Shown: positions 50,455 to 60,570 of the stretch, one piece after another | Position numbering within the stretch: position 1 is the first letter of the stretch | Layout: every line of letters begins with the position of its first letter | Origin: Aquificaceae bacterium | GTDB taxonomy: Bacteria; Aquificota; Aquificia; Aquificales; Aquificaceae | Direction of reading: 5' to 3' | NCBI GenBank assembly: GCA_037925075.1 | Contig: JAXSNR010000002.1 | Coordinates: 192,001-256,000, forward strand | Length of the DNA: 64,000 nt | Position numbers and translations under genes: made by a program | Notes under the pieces: generated by a model | Seen by the model: the letters and a program-made list of their open reading frames with translations, nothing else | What the model was told of the DNA's origin: nothing | The model's database searches: none

Positions 50455-52713
50455 ATGAGGGACAAGGACCTTATAAAGCTTGAATTCTTTCATGTTCTTG
50501 ATAGGATAAAGGCGTACGCACATTCAAAGGCAACGGAAAAGCTTATCAACCAGATAAAACCCATAACAGACCGCAAAGCCCTTGAGGATACCATTGGGCT
50601 CGTGGAGGACTACCTGAAGATCGCAGACAGAGTCTTGCTTTATGAGTTTGAGGATGTGGAGGAGCTTATAAGGAAAACCACCATAAGGGATTATGCCATT
50701 GGTGTAGAGGAAGCCCTTTCTCTTTTAAAGGTCATAAGACTGATCAGAGAAGTAAGACGTTCTCTTGGGGAGCTTGTGCAGGCACACAAAAACCTTATAA
50801 CCCTTGCAAAAGGTCTTCATCTTTTTAGCAACCTTGAAAACCTTATAGAGTCTGTTATAGATCCCAGAGGCTTTGTAAAGGATTCCGCCAGTGAAAGCCT
50901 CAGAGAAATAAGGCAAAGGATAAGGGATACGGAAAAGGAGGTGCTGAGAAGGTTAGAGACGGTCTTTTCAAGACCTGATGCGGACAGGGTCTTTTCGGAC
51001 AAGTTTGTAGCCTACAAAAACGGAAGGTATGTCCTGCCAGTAAAAACCACAGAGGTAAAAAAGATCATAGGTGTGGTTCATGGCACCTCTTCCTCTGGCT
51101 TTACCACCTACGTGGAGCCTCAAAGTGTGATAGAGCTAAACAACAGGCTCACAACTCTAAAAGAAGAAGAGGAAGAAGAAGTTAGGAGAATACTAAGAAA
51201 GCTCTCCTCCATCATAGGAGAACAGTCTCAGAGGCTTATGGAGGCTTTTAAGACCCTTGTAAAAGTTGATTATCTAAACTGTATATCTAAGTTCTCCGCA
51301 GTTTATGAAGGTAAGTTTCCAAATATAGGCGGGCATGTGGAGCTTATTCAGGTAAAGCATCCCCTTTTGGTTTTTATAAAGGAGGATGTGGTCCCCATAG
51401 ACTTGGTTATAAAGGGTAAAAAAGGCTTGGTGCTTACAGGACCAAACACCGGGGGCAAAACTGTAGCTTTAAAAACGCTTGGTTTATGCTGCCTTCTCTT
51501 TCAATCGGGCATACCCATACCCATACAGGAAGGCACCTTACCCATCTTTGAGAAGATTTTTGTGGATATGGGAGATGAGCAAAGCATAGAACAAAGTCTT
51601 TCTACCTTTTCCTCCCATATGACCAACCTTGCTGAGTTTCTTCCCTTTGTGGACCAAAATACCTTGGTGCTTCTTGATGAGCTTGGGGCTGGAACAGACC
51701 CTGTGGAAGGTTCAGCCCTCGGTATAGCATTGCTTGAATACTTTAAGGAGAAGGGAGCCTTTGCAATGGTTAATACCCACCATACTCCCATAAAGGTCTA
51801 TTCCATTAATTCCGACTACTACACGCCCGCAAGCACCCTTTTTGATAGAGAAAGCCTTAGACCACTTTATAAGATAGTCTATGATGCGGTGGGAGAAAGT
51901 ATGGCTCTTTTTGTCGCCCAGAGGTGCGGAATACCAGAGGAGCTTATAGAAAAGGCAAAGAAATTCCTACCTGCGGGTTTTGAAGAGTACTTTACAGCAA
52001 GGGAAATGCTCGAAGGCTATATAAGAGAGTACCAAGAAAGGCTTGATGAATTAAACAGGGAAAAAACAAACCTTGAAAACCTTCTCTTGGAGCAAGAAAG
52101 GGCTCTCAGAGAGCTAGAAAGCAGGAAAAGACAAGAAGTGAAAAAGGCGGTGGAGGAAGTAAAAGACCGATTTGAAGAGTTCCTCCTTGAGGCGGAAAGG
52201 TACATGAGAAGCCTCAAAGACCGACAAAGGCTTAGGGAGTTATTCAAAGAAAAGGTAGAGGAAGTTTACAAGGAAAGGGAGGAGGCGGTCAATGTGGGAG
52301 ATTGGGTAGAAATCTTTGGTTCAAAGGGAAAGGTGCTTGAGGTAAAGGATGATAGGGCGTGTGTATTGTCTGGGGGCGTTAAGGCATGGGTGAGGCTTTC
52401 AGAGCTTAAAAAGACAGAACAACCCCCAGAGGAACACATGACAGAAAGGGTCTTTGAAATAAAAAGAAGCTCACCTTCGGAGATAAATCTGACGGGCTTT
52501 AGCGTCCAAGAAGCCCTTACAAAGTTGGAGCTTTTCCTTAAAGAGGCTCACAGCATGGGTCTAAAAGCGGTTAAGGTGATACATGGATACGGTACCTTAA
52601 AGAAAGCAGTTCAAGAATTCTTATCCTCTTCCTCTCTCGTGGTTTTCCACAGAGAAGGGTATCCAAAGGAGGGAGGTGCAGGAACCTCCCTCGTATATCT
52701 GAGTAAAGATTAA
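50455..52713 (+). CDS. mutS2: Endonuclease MutS2
   Basis: TGPNTGGKT, DEQSIEQSLSTFS, DELGAGTDP, C-terminal Smr domain (IHGYG). Confidence 0.95.
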   Translation: MRDKDLIKLEFFHVLDRIKAYAHSKATEKLINQIKPITDRKALEDTIGLVEDYLKIADRVLLYEFEDVEELIRKTTIRDYAIGVEEALSLLKVIRLIREVRRSLGELVQAHKNLITLAKGLHLFSNLENLIESVIDPRGFVKDSASESLREIRQRIRDTEKEVLRRLETVFSRPDADRVFSDKFVAYKNGRYVLPVKTTEVKKIIGVVHGTSSSGFTTYVEPQSVIELNNRLTTLKEEEEEEVRRILRKLSSIIGEQSQRLMEAFKTLVKVDYLNCISKFSAVYEGKFPNIGGHVELIQVKHPLLVFIKEDVVPIDLVIKGKKGLVLTGPNTGGKTVALKTLGLCCLLFQSGIPIPIQEGTLPIFEKIFVDMGDEQSIEQSLSTFSSHMTNLAEFLPFVDQNTLVLLDELGAGTDPVEGSALGIALLEYFKEKGAFAMVNTHHTPIKVYSINSDYYTPASTLFDRESLRPLYKIVYDAVGESMALFVAQRCGIPEELIEKAKKFLPAGFEEYFTAREMLEGYIREYQERLDELNREKTNLENLLLEQERALRELESRKRQEVKKAVEEVKDRFEEFLLEAERYMRSLKDRQRLRELFKEKVEEVYKEREEAVNVGDWVEIFGSKGKVLEVKDDRACVLSGGVKAWVRLSELKKTEQPPEEHMTERVFEIKRSSPSEINLTGFSVQEALTKLELFLKEAHSMGLKAVKVIHGYGTLKKAVQEFLSSSSLVVFHREGYPKEGGAGTSLVYLSKD

Positions 52714-54002
52714 CAGGGTGAGCCTGGTGAGCCAGAGCAGTCAGAACATAGCCTCATGGGATGTACCTTTAGAAGAAATTCAAGGCCCTTCTCTTCAAAC
52801 CAAGGTGCCACATCTCCGTGTTTGACCTTCCACAAAAAGTATCTTTCAAAGGCGGACTTTATGTAGTGCATTATTACACCCTTCTTGTAAAGAACCGTTG
52901 ACCTTGGGGGAAGCACGGGGGATGCAAAAAAGCCCATGGCGTCTCCACCCAAATCCGCAATACATATGGCGGAAAGCTCTGGTGCATACCTGTCTGGGTT
53001 GTTTCTTATGTCGTTTATTATGTTGTGGGCAACAGCCATAGCCATCTGCTCTATCATCATACCTGTTTTTGGTGCACCTGTGGGTATAGGTGTTTGCTCC
53101 ACTGGGGGTATGGCGGTCACCACTCCAACTCCAAATATGTTTTTGTATGTGGGGTTTTGGAAGCATCTATTTACTATAACCATCTTGTTAGCTGGGTTTG
53201 CCACCTTTTCGCCTGCGGAGGCTACCACCTCTGGACCCATAAACCTTGGCATTAGCATTGAGAGTTTTGCGGGTGCTTCGTAAGTTTTCCCATCAAGGTC
53301 CTCATAGATCACCTTATCCTGTTCCACTTTTGTTATTTTTACGTTTGCAACCCACTTCACGCTTCTTTCCGCCATAAGGTCTTCCATTAGCCTTCTTGAA
53401 GGTCCAACGCCACCAAGCCCCATATGGCCCACATAGGGTTCTGAGGTTATGTAGGTTATGGGCACCTTGTGCCTTATACCTCTCTTTTTAAGCTCATGAT
53501 GAAGCATAAAGGCAAACTCATAGGCTGGTCCAAAACAGCTAACGCCGGGTATAGCTCCCACAACTACTGGACCGGGATTTCTGTAAAACTCCTCAAGCTT
53601 TTTATTCAGTTCCATGGCGTGCTCTGCGGTACAAACAGAAGTAGAATACTGCTCTTGACCTTCTGCACCAAAAACCAGTTTTGGACCTGTGGCTATAACA
53701 AGGTAGTCGTATTCTACGGTCTTACCACCCTTGGTCTTTACCTTGTTGGCTTCTGGGTCGATGCTCTCCGCATCTTCGTTGATAAAGTCTATGCCGTGTT
53801 TTGGAAGCAATCCCGCCAGTGGAATGCTTATGTCTTCAAACCTTCTCCAACCTAAAGCGAGGTGGGGATAAGAGGGCGTAAAGCCAAAATAGGGTCTTCC
53901 AGACACCACGGTGATTTTGAGGCTTTTGTCTAACTTCCTAAGATTGTAGGCGGTGGCTATTCCTCCTACTCCACCACCAATCACTACCACATGCTTGCTC
54001 AT
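52710..54002 (-). CDS. sqr: Sulfide:quinone oxidoreductase
   Basis: GGGVGG, SVCT, SCFGPAYE, PKTGMMIE, AICIADLG. Confidence 0.95.
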   Translation of the reverse strand: MSKHVVVIGGGVGGIATAYNLRKLDKSLKITVVSGRPYFGFTPSYPHLALGWRRFEDISIPLAGLLPKHGIDFINEDAESIDPEANKVKTKGGKTVEYDYLVIATGPKLVFGAEGQEQYSTSVCTAEHAMELNKKLEEFYRNPGPVVVGAIPGVSCFGPAYEFAFMLHHELKKRGIRHKVPITYITSEPYVGHMGLGGVGPSRRLMEDLMAERSVKWVANVKITKVEQDKVIYEDLDGKTYEAPAKLSMLMPRFMGPEVVASAGEKVANPANKMVIVNRCFQNPTYKNIFGVGVVTAIPPVEQTPIPTGAPKTGMMIEQMAMAVAHNIINDIRNNPDRYAPELSAICIADLGGDAMGFFASPVLPPRSTVLYKKGVIMHYIKSAFERYFLWKVKHGDVAPWFEEKGLEFLLKVHPMRLCSDCSGSPGSPC

Positions 54003-54032
54003 AATACTACCTCCTGAGTTTTATAAGGTACA

Positions 54033-54069
54033 GCTTATAATTATATAAGCAAAATGTAAAGCATGTCAA
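54033..54069 (-). promoter_or_regulatory. sqr promoter (TTGACA-18-TATAAT) overlapped by inverted repeat GCTTATA-N4-TATAAGC
   Basis: tgtcaa 54064-69, attata 54040-45; dyad at 54033-54050. Confidence 0.55.
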
Positions 54070-54154
54070 ATAAAATTACAAAAAAATCCTTTTTTCCTTT
54101 ATAAGTCTTTTTGATATAATTAAAAGGTTATGAACTATGTCAGGAGGTAAAGAC

Positions 54155-54673
54155 ATGGAGACTTCAAGAAGGGACCTTATGGGTCTCGCCATAGGTGGCT
54201 TAGGAGCAGTGGGAGTCATAGGAGTCCTATATCCCATCGTTAAAACCCTTGCACCAAGTGCTGCCTCTCTTGCTGGTGCAATGGTGGAGGTGGATGTATC
54301 CTCAATTCCTGAAGGGCAGGTAAGGGTGGTATCCTGGAAGGGTAAGCCTGTCTTTGTGGTTAAGCTTCCGCAGGGTTTTCAGTGGGCAGGCAAAGCCAAA
54401 GAGGATAGGAACAACAAAATCCTACAGGGTCAAGATGCGTATGCCCTTGTGGCAGTTTGTACTCACCTTGGATGTGTTCCTCTTTGGAAACCTCAGGGAG
54501 AGGCGGAGTTCAACTATCCTGTGTTTCACTGCCCCTGTCATGGAGGCTTTTATTCTCCATGGGGTGACAATATAGCCGGACCACCACCAAGACCCCTCTA
54601 TGTTCCCCCACAGAAAAGAGAAGGCAACAAGCTGGTTATAGGTGAGCCGGGGCTTGTTAAAGAACTTACATAA
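54155..54673 (+). CDS. petA: Rieske Fe-S subunit of cytochrome bc complex
   Basis: Tat SRRD, CTHLGC, CPCHG; SD GGAGG. Confidence 0.96.
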   Translation: METSRRDLMGLAIGGLGAVGVIGVLYPIVKTLAPSAASLAGAMVEVDVSSIPEGQVRVVSWKGKPVFVVKLPQGFQWAGKAKEDRNNKILQGQDAYALVAVCTHLGCVPLWKPQGEAEFNYPVFHCPCHGGFYSPWGDNIAGPPPRPLYVPPQKREGNKLVIGEPGLVKELT

Positions 54674-54679
54674 GGAGGT

Positions 54680-55897
54680 ATGAAAATGCTCGGAAGGATT
54701 GGCAAATGGATTGATGAAAGGGCACACCTTTCTGAGCTTTGGCAGTCTCAGATGGTGGATTACAAGGTGCCAAAGAACCTTACATTTCCATACGCCTTTG
54801 GTGTAATGGCCATTGTCGCCTTTGCCATTCAGATAATCTCTGGCATATTCCTCACCATGTACTATCAGCCAAACGTTCATACCGCCTTTGACAGTGCCAA
54901 CTACACCATAATGAAGGAAGTACCCTTCATGTGGCTCATAAGACATGTGCATGCCGCGGGTGCGAACTTCTTCCTTGCCATAGTTTACCTTCACATATTC
55001 ACCGGCATATACTACAACGCCTACAAAAAGCCGAGGGAACTTACGTGGATTGTGGGATGGGTTATATACTTTGTTCTTCTTGTGACCGCCCTTACAGGGT
55101 ACCTTCTACCTTGGGGACAGCTCTCTTACTGGGGTATGGTGGTTACCGCGGAGATACCCACTTCCATAGATTCAGCTCCCATAATAGGTAGCCTTAAGAT
55201 AGGTGAGACCATCTCCATATGGATGAAGGGTGGCTATGAGATCGGACAGATAACCCTCGGAAGGTTCTTTGGTCTTCACATATGGCTTTTGCCCCTTATA
55301 CTTTTGCTCCTTGTAAGTGTGCACCTTTATCTTGTTCGTGCTGCTGGCATATCCAACCCAGAGGGAAGAGAGATAGACAAGAAGAAGGAAGGTGTCCCCT
55401 TCCATCCTTACATGACCCTTAAAGAAGGTGCCTATATGATGGGCTACCTTGCGGTGTTCTTCTTCTTTGTCTTCTTCTACATGCACCACTTTTTGCCTCC
55501 AGATAATTACGATCCTGCGGATCCCTTCAAAACACCAGCTCACATAGCCCCCGAGTGGTACCTGCTGGCATATTACACCATATTTAGGTCCATACCAGAC
55601 AAGTTCCTTGGTTTTGTGGCTTTTAACCTTACCCTTGTTTTTCTCCTTATACTGCCCTTCCTTGACTTTTCACCATTGAAAAGTGCTAGAAACAGACCCC
55701 TTTTCTTTATTATGTTCTTAGTGTTTGTGGTTTCTTCCATGGCTCTTACCATACTTGGCACCATGCCCCCCACACCCACCAACGCCATGTTGGGTTTGAT
55801 TTTTACCGCTGGGCTATTCGCCTTTTTCCTATCCTTACCCATCATATCCATAGTAGAGTGGGGCTGGTATAAAGCAAGAGGAGGTGAAAAGCAATGA
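54680..55897 (+). CDS. petB: Cytochrome b
   Basis: RHVHAAGA, GYLLPWGQLSYW, PFHPY, PEWY. Confidence 0.97.
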   Translation: MKMLGRIGKWIDERAHLSELWQSQMVDYKVPKNLTFPYAFGVMAIVAFAIQIISGIFLTMYYQPNVHTAFDSANYTIMKEVPFMWLIRHVHAAGANFFLAIVYLHIFTGIYYNAYKKPRELTWIVGWVIYFVLLVTALTGYLLPWGQLSYWGMVVTAEIPTSIDSAPIIGSLKIGETISIWMKGGYEIGQITLGRFFGLHIWLLPLILLLLVSVHLYLVRAAGISNPEGREIDKKKEGVPFHPYMTLKEGAYMMGYLAVFFFFVFFYMHHFLPPDNYDPADPFKTPAHIAPEWYLLAYYTIFRSIPDKFLGFVAFNLTLVFLLILPFLDFSPLKSARNRPLFFIMFLVFVVSSMALTILGTMPPTPTNAMLGLIFTAGLFAFFLSLPIISIVEWGWYKARGGEKQ

Positions 55898-56526
55898 TAA
55901 AGGCTGTGGTCTTTACGGTTATTACGGTGCTCTTTTTCTACATAATATGGATAAACAACATTTTTGCACCCCATGAACGTTATGAAATGCCCGCTCAGCA
56001 CGCAAAAATAGCGGAGGATGTCAAAAGCTACGCAAAAGAAGGAAAACAGCTTTTTGAGCAAAACTGTCAGGCATGCCACTCTGTGAGGTACGACGCAGTA
56101 TACATAAGCTCCGTACAAGCAAATCCTAAGCTTCAGACCCTTCAGGAAAAATACGGAAAGGTCCTTCCAAGAGATGTTTATGAGTCGGTATTTTACGAAG
56201 ACCTTATGGCATTAAAGGAATCCTTCGGGAAAATCCCTCCAGACCTTTCCACCATGTATTTGGTTAAGGGCAAAGAGTACCTCTATAACTTTATCCTTGA
56301 GCCTCAGAAGGTGCTACCCGGCACTTCCATGCCGGCGGTTATGACTGGAAGACCAGAGGAAACCGCAAAGGTAGTAGCCTATCTTAAGTCTGTTTCTGAG
56401 CCCTCACCAGAGGAGAAAAACAAAAGGGTTCTCATGGGTGTGGGAACCATTGCCTACCTTATTGTGATGGGTATTCTCCTGTGGGTTTGGAGGGGTAGAA
56501 TACTCAAGAGGATGGGCTTGCACTGA
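55894..56526 (+). CDS. petC: Cytochrome c1
   Basis: CQACH, PPDLS, GTSMP, C-terminal TM. Confidence 0.93.
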   Translation: MIKAVVFTVITVLFFYIIWINNIFAPHERYEMPAQHAKIAEDVKSYAKEGKQLFEQNCQACHSVRYDAVYISSVQANPKLQTLQEKYGKVLPRDVYESVFYEDLMALKESFGKIPPDLSTMYLVKGKEYLYNFILEPQKVLPGTSMPAVMTGRPEETAKVVAYLKSVSEPSPEEKNKRVLMGVGTIAYLIVMGILLWVWRGRILKRMGLH

Positions 56527-57154
56527 TACATAAATCTTTAACGGGGCACTCCCCACACAGGGGGGTGCTCTTGCAATACCTTTTTCCGTGCTCATCTATC
56601 AGGGCATGGAATTCCTTATACACCTCAAGGTCTGAAGGTAGGTTTTCTTCAAAAAAGCTCTTTAGTTTCTCATAGCCTCCGTCAATTCCCATAAACCTCT
56701 TGGTAAACCTCTGAGTGTACTTGTCTATGACGAAGTTTAATCTATTACCCGCATAGAGGAGTATGGCATCTGCGGTCTCTGGTCCCACGCCCTTGACCTT
56801 CAGTAGTTCTTTTCTAGGTACTAACTTTACCATGTCTGTAGGATTTATAAATTCTGCAACCGCTTTTAGTCTGACAGCCTTCTGATTGTAGAAACCAGAA
56901 GGGAGGATAAGTTCTTTAAGTCTTTCCATACTGACCCTTCTGATAAACTCAAGGGAAAGCTCACCTTCCCTTTTAAGGTTCTCCAGAGACTTTTCTACGT
57001 TCTTCCAGCTTGTGTTCTGCGTAAGCACCGCTCCTATTATGATCTCATCCCTTGGGTCTGTACCCTTAAGTTTATGATATTGGTGGTCCACTGGCCACCA
57101 ACCTTGGGGACTATAAATCTCATATAAAAGCTCGTATAGCTTGAGCAACCTCAT
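56504..57154 (-). CDS. Endonuclease III-related HhH-GPD protein
   Basis: GWWP, GAVLTQNTSW, KGVGPETAD, C-X6-C-X2-C-X5-C. Confidence 0.9.
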   Translation of the reverse strand: MRLLKLYELLYEIYSPQGWWPVDHQYHKLKGTDPRDEIIIGAVLTQNTSWKNVEKSLENLKREGELSLEFIRRVSMERLKELILPSGFYNQKAVRLKAVAEFINPTDMVKLVPRKELLKVKGVGPETADAILLYAGNRLNFVIDKYTQRFTKRFMGIDGGYEKLKSFFEENLPSDLEVYKEFHALIDEHGKRYCKSTPLCGECPVKDLCISASPSS

Positions 57155-57707
57155 TGTATACACCTTCTCCCTTTGAGTATCTTATGCCAAGTTCCTTTGC
57201 CCTTTCCCTATCAATAAGGCCCTCTTTCACCAGTAGCTGAAGAAACTGGCTAAGATTGTGAAGTTTCTTTGCCTTTGCACTACCCCTTTCAAAATCAAGC
57301 AAATAGACCTCTCCATCTTCTCCCAGAAGGGTGTTCTTGTCCAGTCGCTGTAGCTCCTCCTTGTTTATACCAAGAGAGTCCAAAACTTGGATAAGCTCCA
57401 GCACTTTCAGATAGACCTTTGCCTTTTCCTTGAGAGATAGGTTCTTCTTGTTTATGGGAACCCCCTCTATAAAAAGGTAGACTATAAAATCCTCTCCACA
57501 GTGAAGGAGCTGTGGAAATCCCTTATGTCCCAAAAGCCTTTTGAGTATATGGCATTCCTTTTTTATGGCGTGCACTTTCTCTTGTTCCTTGGCAACCTTT
57601 ATGGCCACTTTCTTACCCTTCCACAAGCCCCTGTAGATGTATCCTCTCCAACCTTTGCTGAAAAGCTCAAGGTCCTCCACTTCTTCCTTGAATTTATCAA
57701 ACCTCAC
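57120..57707 (-). CDS. Small atypical Ser/Thr kinase-like protein (COG2112-like)
   Basis: KGWRG, VAIK, alphaC Glu, LLDFE; catalytic loop KEELQRLDKN. Confidence 0.65.
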   Translation of the reverse strand: MRFDKFKEEVEDLELFSKGWRGYIYRGLWKGKKVAIKVAKEQEKVHAIKKECHILKRLLGHKGFPQLLHCGEDFIVYLFIEGVPINKKNLSLKEKAKVYLKVLELIQVLDSLGINKEELQRLDKNTLLGEDGEVYLLDFERGSAKAKKLHNLSQFLQLLVKEGLIDRERAKELGIRYSKGEGVYNEVAQAIRAFI

Positions 57708-57909
57708 CGACCACTCTATAACCCCACTCTTCTACCGCAGACTTGAGGGTGTGGAAGGGTATCTCCTCTTCCATGTGTACTTCCACCTTCCCCTCTTCAA
57801 GGCTTACCTCTACATGAGACACCCCCTCAAGGGAGTAGAGCGCCCTTTTTATCCTTTCTACACAATGCTGGCAGGTCATACCTTCAACCTTTAAGGTTTT
57901 TCTCACCAT
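57697..57909 (-). CDS. copZ: Heavy-metal (copper) chaperone
   Basis: GMTCQHC, 70 aa. Confidence 0.85.
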   Translation of the reverse strand: MVRKTLKVEGMTCQHCVERIKRALYSLEGVSHVEVSLEEGKVEVHMEEEIPFHTLKSAVEEWGYRVVGEV

Positions 57910-57915
57910 AGATTT

Positions 57916-58527
57916 TTAATATAAGGCATTTTCGTCGGCAGATATCAGATGCAAGACTTTTGCTATTTGTTCCGCATCCTCCCTTGTGTTCATGTTTATG
58001 AAGGACAAAAGCGAAGGGTCGTACTCTAAAATATCCCTTTCGGTAATTTCCTTGTAGGGAAACTTCCTTAAAAAGTCCAGCACCCTTTCACCACCAGATT
58101 CAAGGTAAGACCTAAGCTCTGGAAGGACTTGTCTGTAATAAACCGCAAAAAGTGGGTAAAGTTTGCCACGTACATTAAAGAGGGTTATAGGTGGCTCCGC
58201 ACTGTTTAGCAAAAACTCTACTACCTCCTTTTTTATAAGAGGCATATCTCCGGCTACTATGAGAGCCTTCTCTCCTTTAAGATGTTCCAGTGCTGTGTAT
58301 ATACCAGCAAGGGCGAGTTGCTTTTCAATTGTGTCCTTAATGACCTCCACATCCCTTAGAAAGGAAAACTTTTCTTTATCCTTTACCACAAGACATAGCC
58401 TTCCACATATACCCCGTAAGGCATCGAGGGTGTATTCTATGACCCTTTTTTCACCTATGGTGTAGAGAAGTTTATCCTCACCAAAGCGCCTACTTAGACC
58501 GCCCGCAAGCACAAAACATTCTGACAT
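57916..58527 (-). CDS. mobA: Molybdenum cofactor guanylyltransferase
   Basis: LAGGLSRRFGEDK, GDMP, PLFAVY, FINMNT. Confidence 0.9.
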   Translation of the reverse strand: MSECFVLAGGLSRRFGEDKLLYTIGEKRVIEYTLDALRGICGRLCLVVKDKEKFSFLRDVEVIKDTIEKQLALAGIYTALEHLKGEKALIVAGDMPLIKKEVVEFLLNSAEPPITLFNVRGKLYPLFAVYYRQVLPELRSYLESGGERVLDFLRKFPYKEITERDILEYDPSLLSFINMNTREDAEQIAKVLHLISADENALY

Positions 58528-59462
58528 TACCTTATGATAAGCTTGGCTCCGTTGGGTAATCTTTCAACCCTCTCCTCTGTACCACCTTCTCTTGGTATGT
58601 AAACGTATGTACCCGCAGGTATTACTTCTGTTCTTATATGAGGGTTCAGGTCTCTGAAGATGTTTTCTTTTATGGCTTTTCTGGTGAGAACTTCTTCGAC
58701 CGCAGTGTCCCTCTCTACGAGCCTTCTGTCCACACTCAGACCTTCAACCTTGACGGATAGTCCATATCTTTCGGGGTCTTTTGCGAGAAGAAGCACCGCA
58801 AAAAATGCAGGGACGTAGTTTCTTGTCTCTATGGGTAAAAACTTCTGATTTGTCCAAAAGTCCATGCCCCCCGTCCTTCTTGCCACGCAGTTTTCGCCAC
58901 AGTTATAGCTTGCAAGGGCAAGCTCCCAGTTCCCAAACATACCGTACAGGTCCTTTAAATATCTCATGGCGGCGTCTGTGGCTTTGATGATATCAAACCT
59001 TTCATCCACAAACTGGTCAACTCTAAGCCCGTACTTTCTAGCGGTGGAAGGTATAAACTGCCAAAGCCCAGCGGCACCAGACTTTGAAACTGCAAAGTTG
59101 TTAAAGGCACTTTCTATAACGGGCAAGAGGACGAGCTCCTCAGGAAGGCCATGCCTTTGCACTATTGGTCTTATTAGGGGCATGAAGTAGTTTGCCCTTT
59201 GTAGAGTGAGCTCAAAAAACCTTTTGTTGCTAAGATAATAATCCATGAACCTCCTTATCTCTTCTCTATCTGGTATTGGTATGCCGAGGGCTTTTGCTTC
59301 CTCCCTTATAAACCTTTCCTCCTCCTCTGTAAAGTAAAAGCTTCCCTTTTGTACGAGGCTTATCTGGTGGTCCGCCTTGGGTATGGTTGCCTGCCTTACA
59401 GTAGGAGTGCAAGAGCTTAGAACCGTTGATAACAACCCCAAAAGCAAGACCCCCTTTTTCAT
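58527..59462 (-). CDS. Lytic transglycosylase lipoprotein (MltD-like)
   Basis: Lipobox LSSC, IESAF, AGLWQF, ASYNCG, ETRNYV. Confidence 0.88.
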   Translation of the reverse strand: MKKGVLLLGLLSTVLSSCTPTVRQATIPKADHQISLVQKGSFYFTEEEERFIREEAKALGIPIPDREEIRRFMDYYLSNKRFFELTLQRANYFMPLIRPIVQRHGLPEELVLLPVIESAFNNFAVSKSGAAGLWQFIPSTARKYGLRVDQFVDERFDIIKATDAAMRYLKDLYGMFGNWELALASYNCGENCVARRTGGMDFWTNQKFLPIETRNYVPAFFAVLLLAKDPERYGLSVKVEGLSVDRRLVERDTAVEEVLTRKAIKENIFRDLNPHIRTEVIPAGTYVYIPREGGTEERVERLPNGAKLIIR

Positions 59463-59522
59463 ATCTACCCTCAGGCACTTATTATACACTTATCGCCATC
59501 AAAGTTATAAATTTAATACACC

Positions 59523-60566
59523 ATGCGGTTAATTACCTCTCTTAATCTGATTGAGCTGAGAGAATCCTTCAAAGAGCTTGGGCTTGAGCCCTACAGGGCA
59601 GATCAGGTCCTTGACTGGGTTTACAAGAAGTTTGAAACAAACTTTCAGAATATGACAAACCTCTCAAAAGCCCATAGGAGTTTGCTTTCTGAACACTTCA
59701 GGGTTCATACCCTTGAGCATGTAAGCAAGGTGTTTGCGGAGGACTCGGTAAAGTATATATTCAGGACGGAAGACAACCATCTAATAGAAACGGTTCTCAT
59801 CTTTGAAAGAGACCATCTGACCCTTTGTGTCTCTTCTCAGGTGGGTTGTGCGGTAGGGTGCAAGTTCTGTGCCACCGCAAGGGATGGGCTTATAAGGAAC
59901 CTGACCGCCTCTGAGATAATTGACCAGTATCTTCTCGTGCAGAAGGATACGCCCAACAGGATAAGGAATGTGGTCTTTATGGGTATGGGTGAGCCGTTGG
60001 CAAACTACGAAGCGGTCAGAAGGGCTGTGGAGATCATGGTAAGCCCGTGGGGCATAGACCTATCCAAAAGAAGGGTTAGCATATCTACAAGCGGTCTTGT
60101 ATCCCAGCTAAAAAGGATGGCACAGGACCCACTTATGAGAGAGCTAAACCTTGCGGTTTCTATAAACGCTCCCTTTGAGCATCTTAGGGAGTTCCTTATG
60201 CCCATAAACAAAACCAATACACTCAATGAGATTTTTGAGGTTCTTATAGAATTTCCTTATCCACCTGACAGAAGAATAATGCTTGAGTATGTCTTGATAA
60301 AGGATGTTAACGACTCACCAACACAAGCCAAAGCCTTGGCGGAGCTCATAGCCCCCTATAGAAAAAAATTTAAGGTCAACCTCATACCCTACAACCCCGA
60401 CCCTTCCATTCCCTTTGAAAGACCACCCTTAGAGGGGGTTTACGCCTTTCAGGAAGTGCTTAGAAAACACAACATATCCACCTTCATAAGGCTCAGCAAA
60501 GGTAGTGAAGTTTTCGGGGCTTGCGGGCAGTTAAGGAGTAAGAGAATTGAGCTTATGGTAAAATAG
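59523..60566 (+). CDS. rlmN: 23S rRNA A2503 C2-methyltransferase (radical SAM)
   Basis: CVSSQVGCAVGCKFCAT, MGMGEP, ACGQL. Confidence 0.96.
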   Translation: MRLITSLNLIELRESFKELGLEPYRADQVLDWVYKKFETNFQNMTNLSKAHRSLLSEHFRVHTLEHVSKVFAEDSVKYIFRTEDNHLIETVLIFERDHLTLCVSSQVGCAVGCKFCATARDGLIRNLTASEIIDQYLLVQKDTPNRIRNVVFMGMGEPLANYEAVRRAVEIMVSPWGIDLSKRRVSISTSGLVSQLKRMAQDPLMRELNLAVSINAPFEHLREFLMPINKTNTLNEIFEVLIEFPYPPDRRIMLEYVLIKDVNDSPTQAKALAELIAPYRKKFKVNLIPYNPDPSIPFERPPLEGVYAFQEVLRKHNISTFIRLSKGSEVFGACGQLRSKRIELMVK

Positions 60567-60570
60567 AGGA

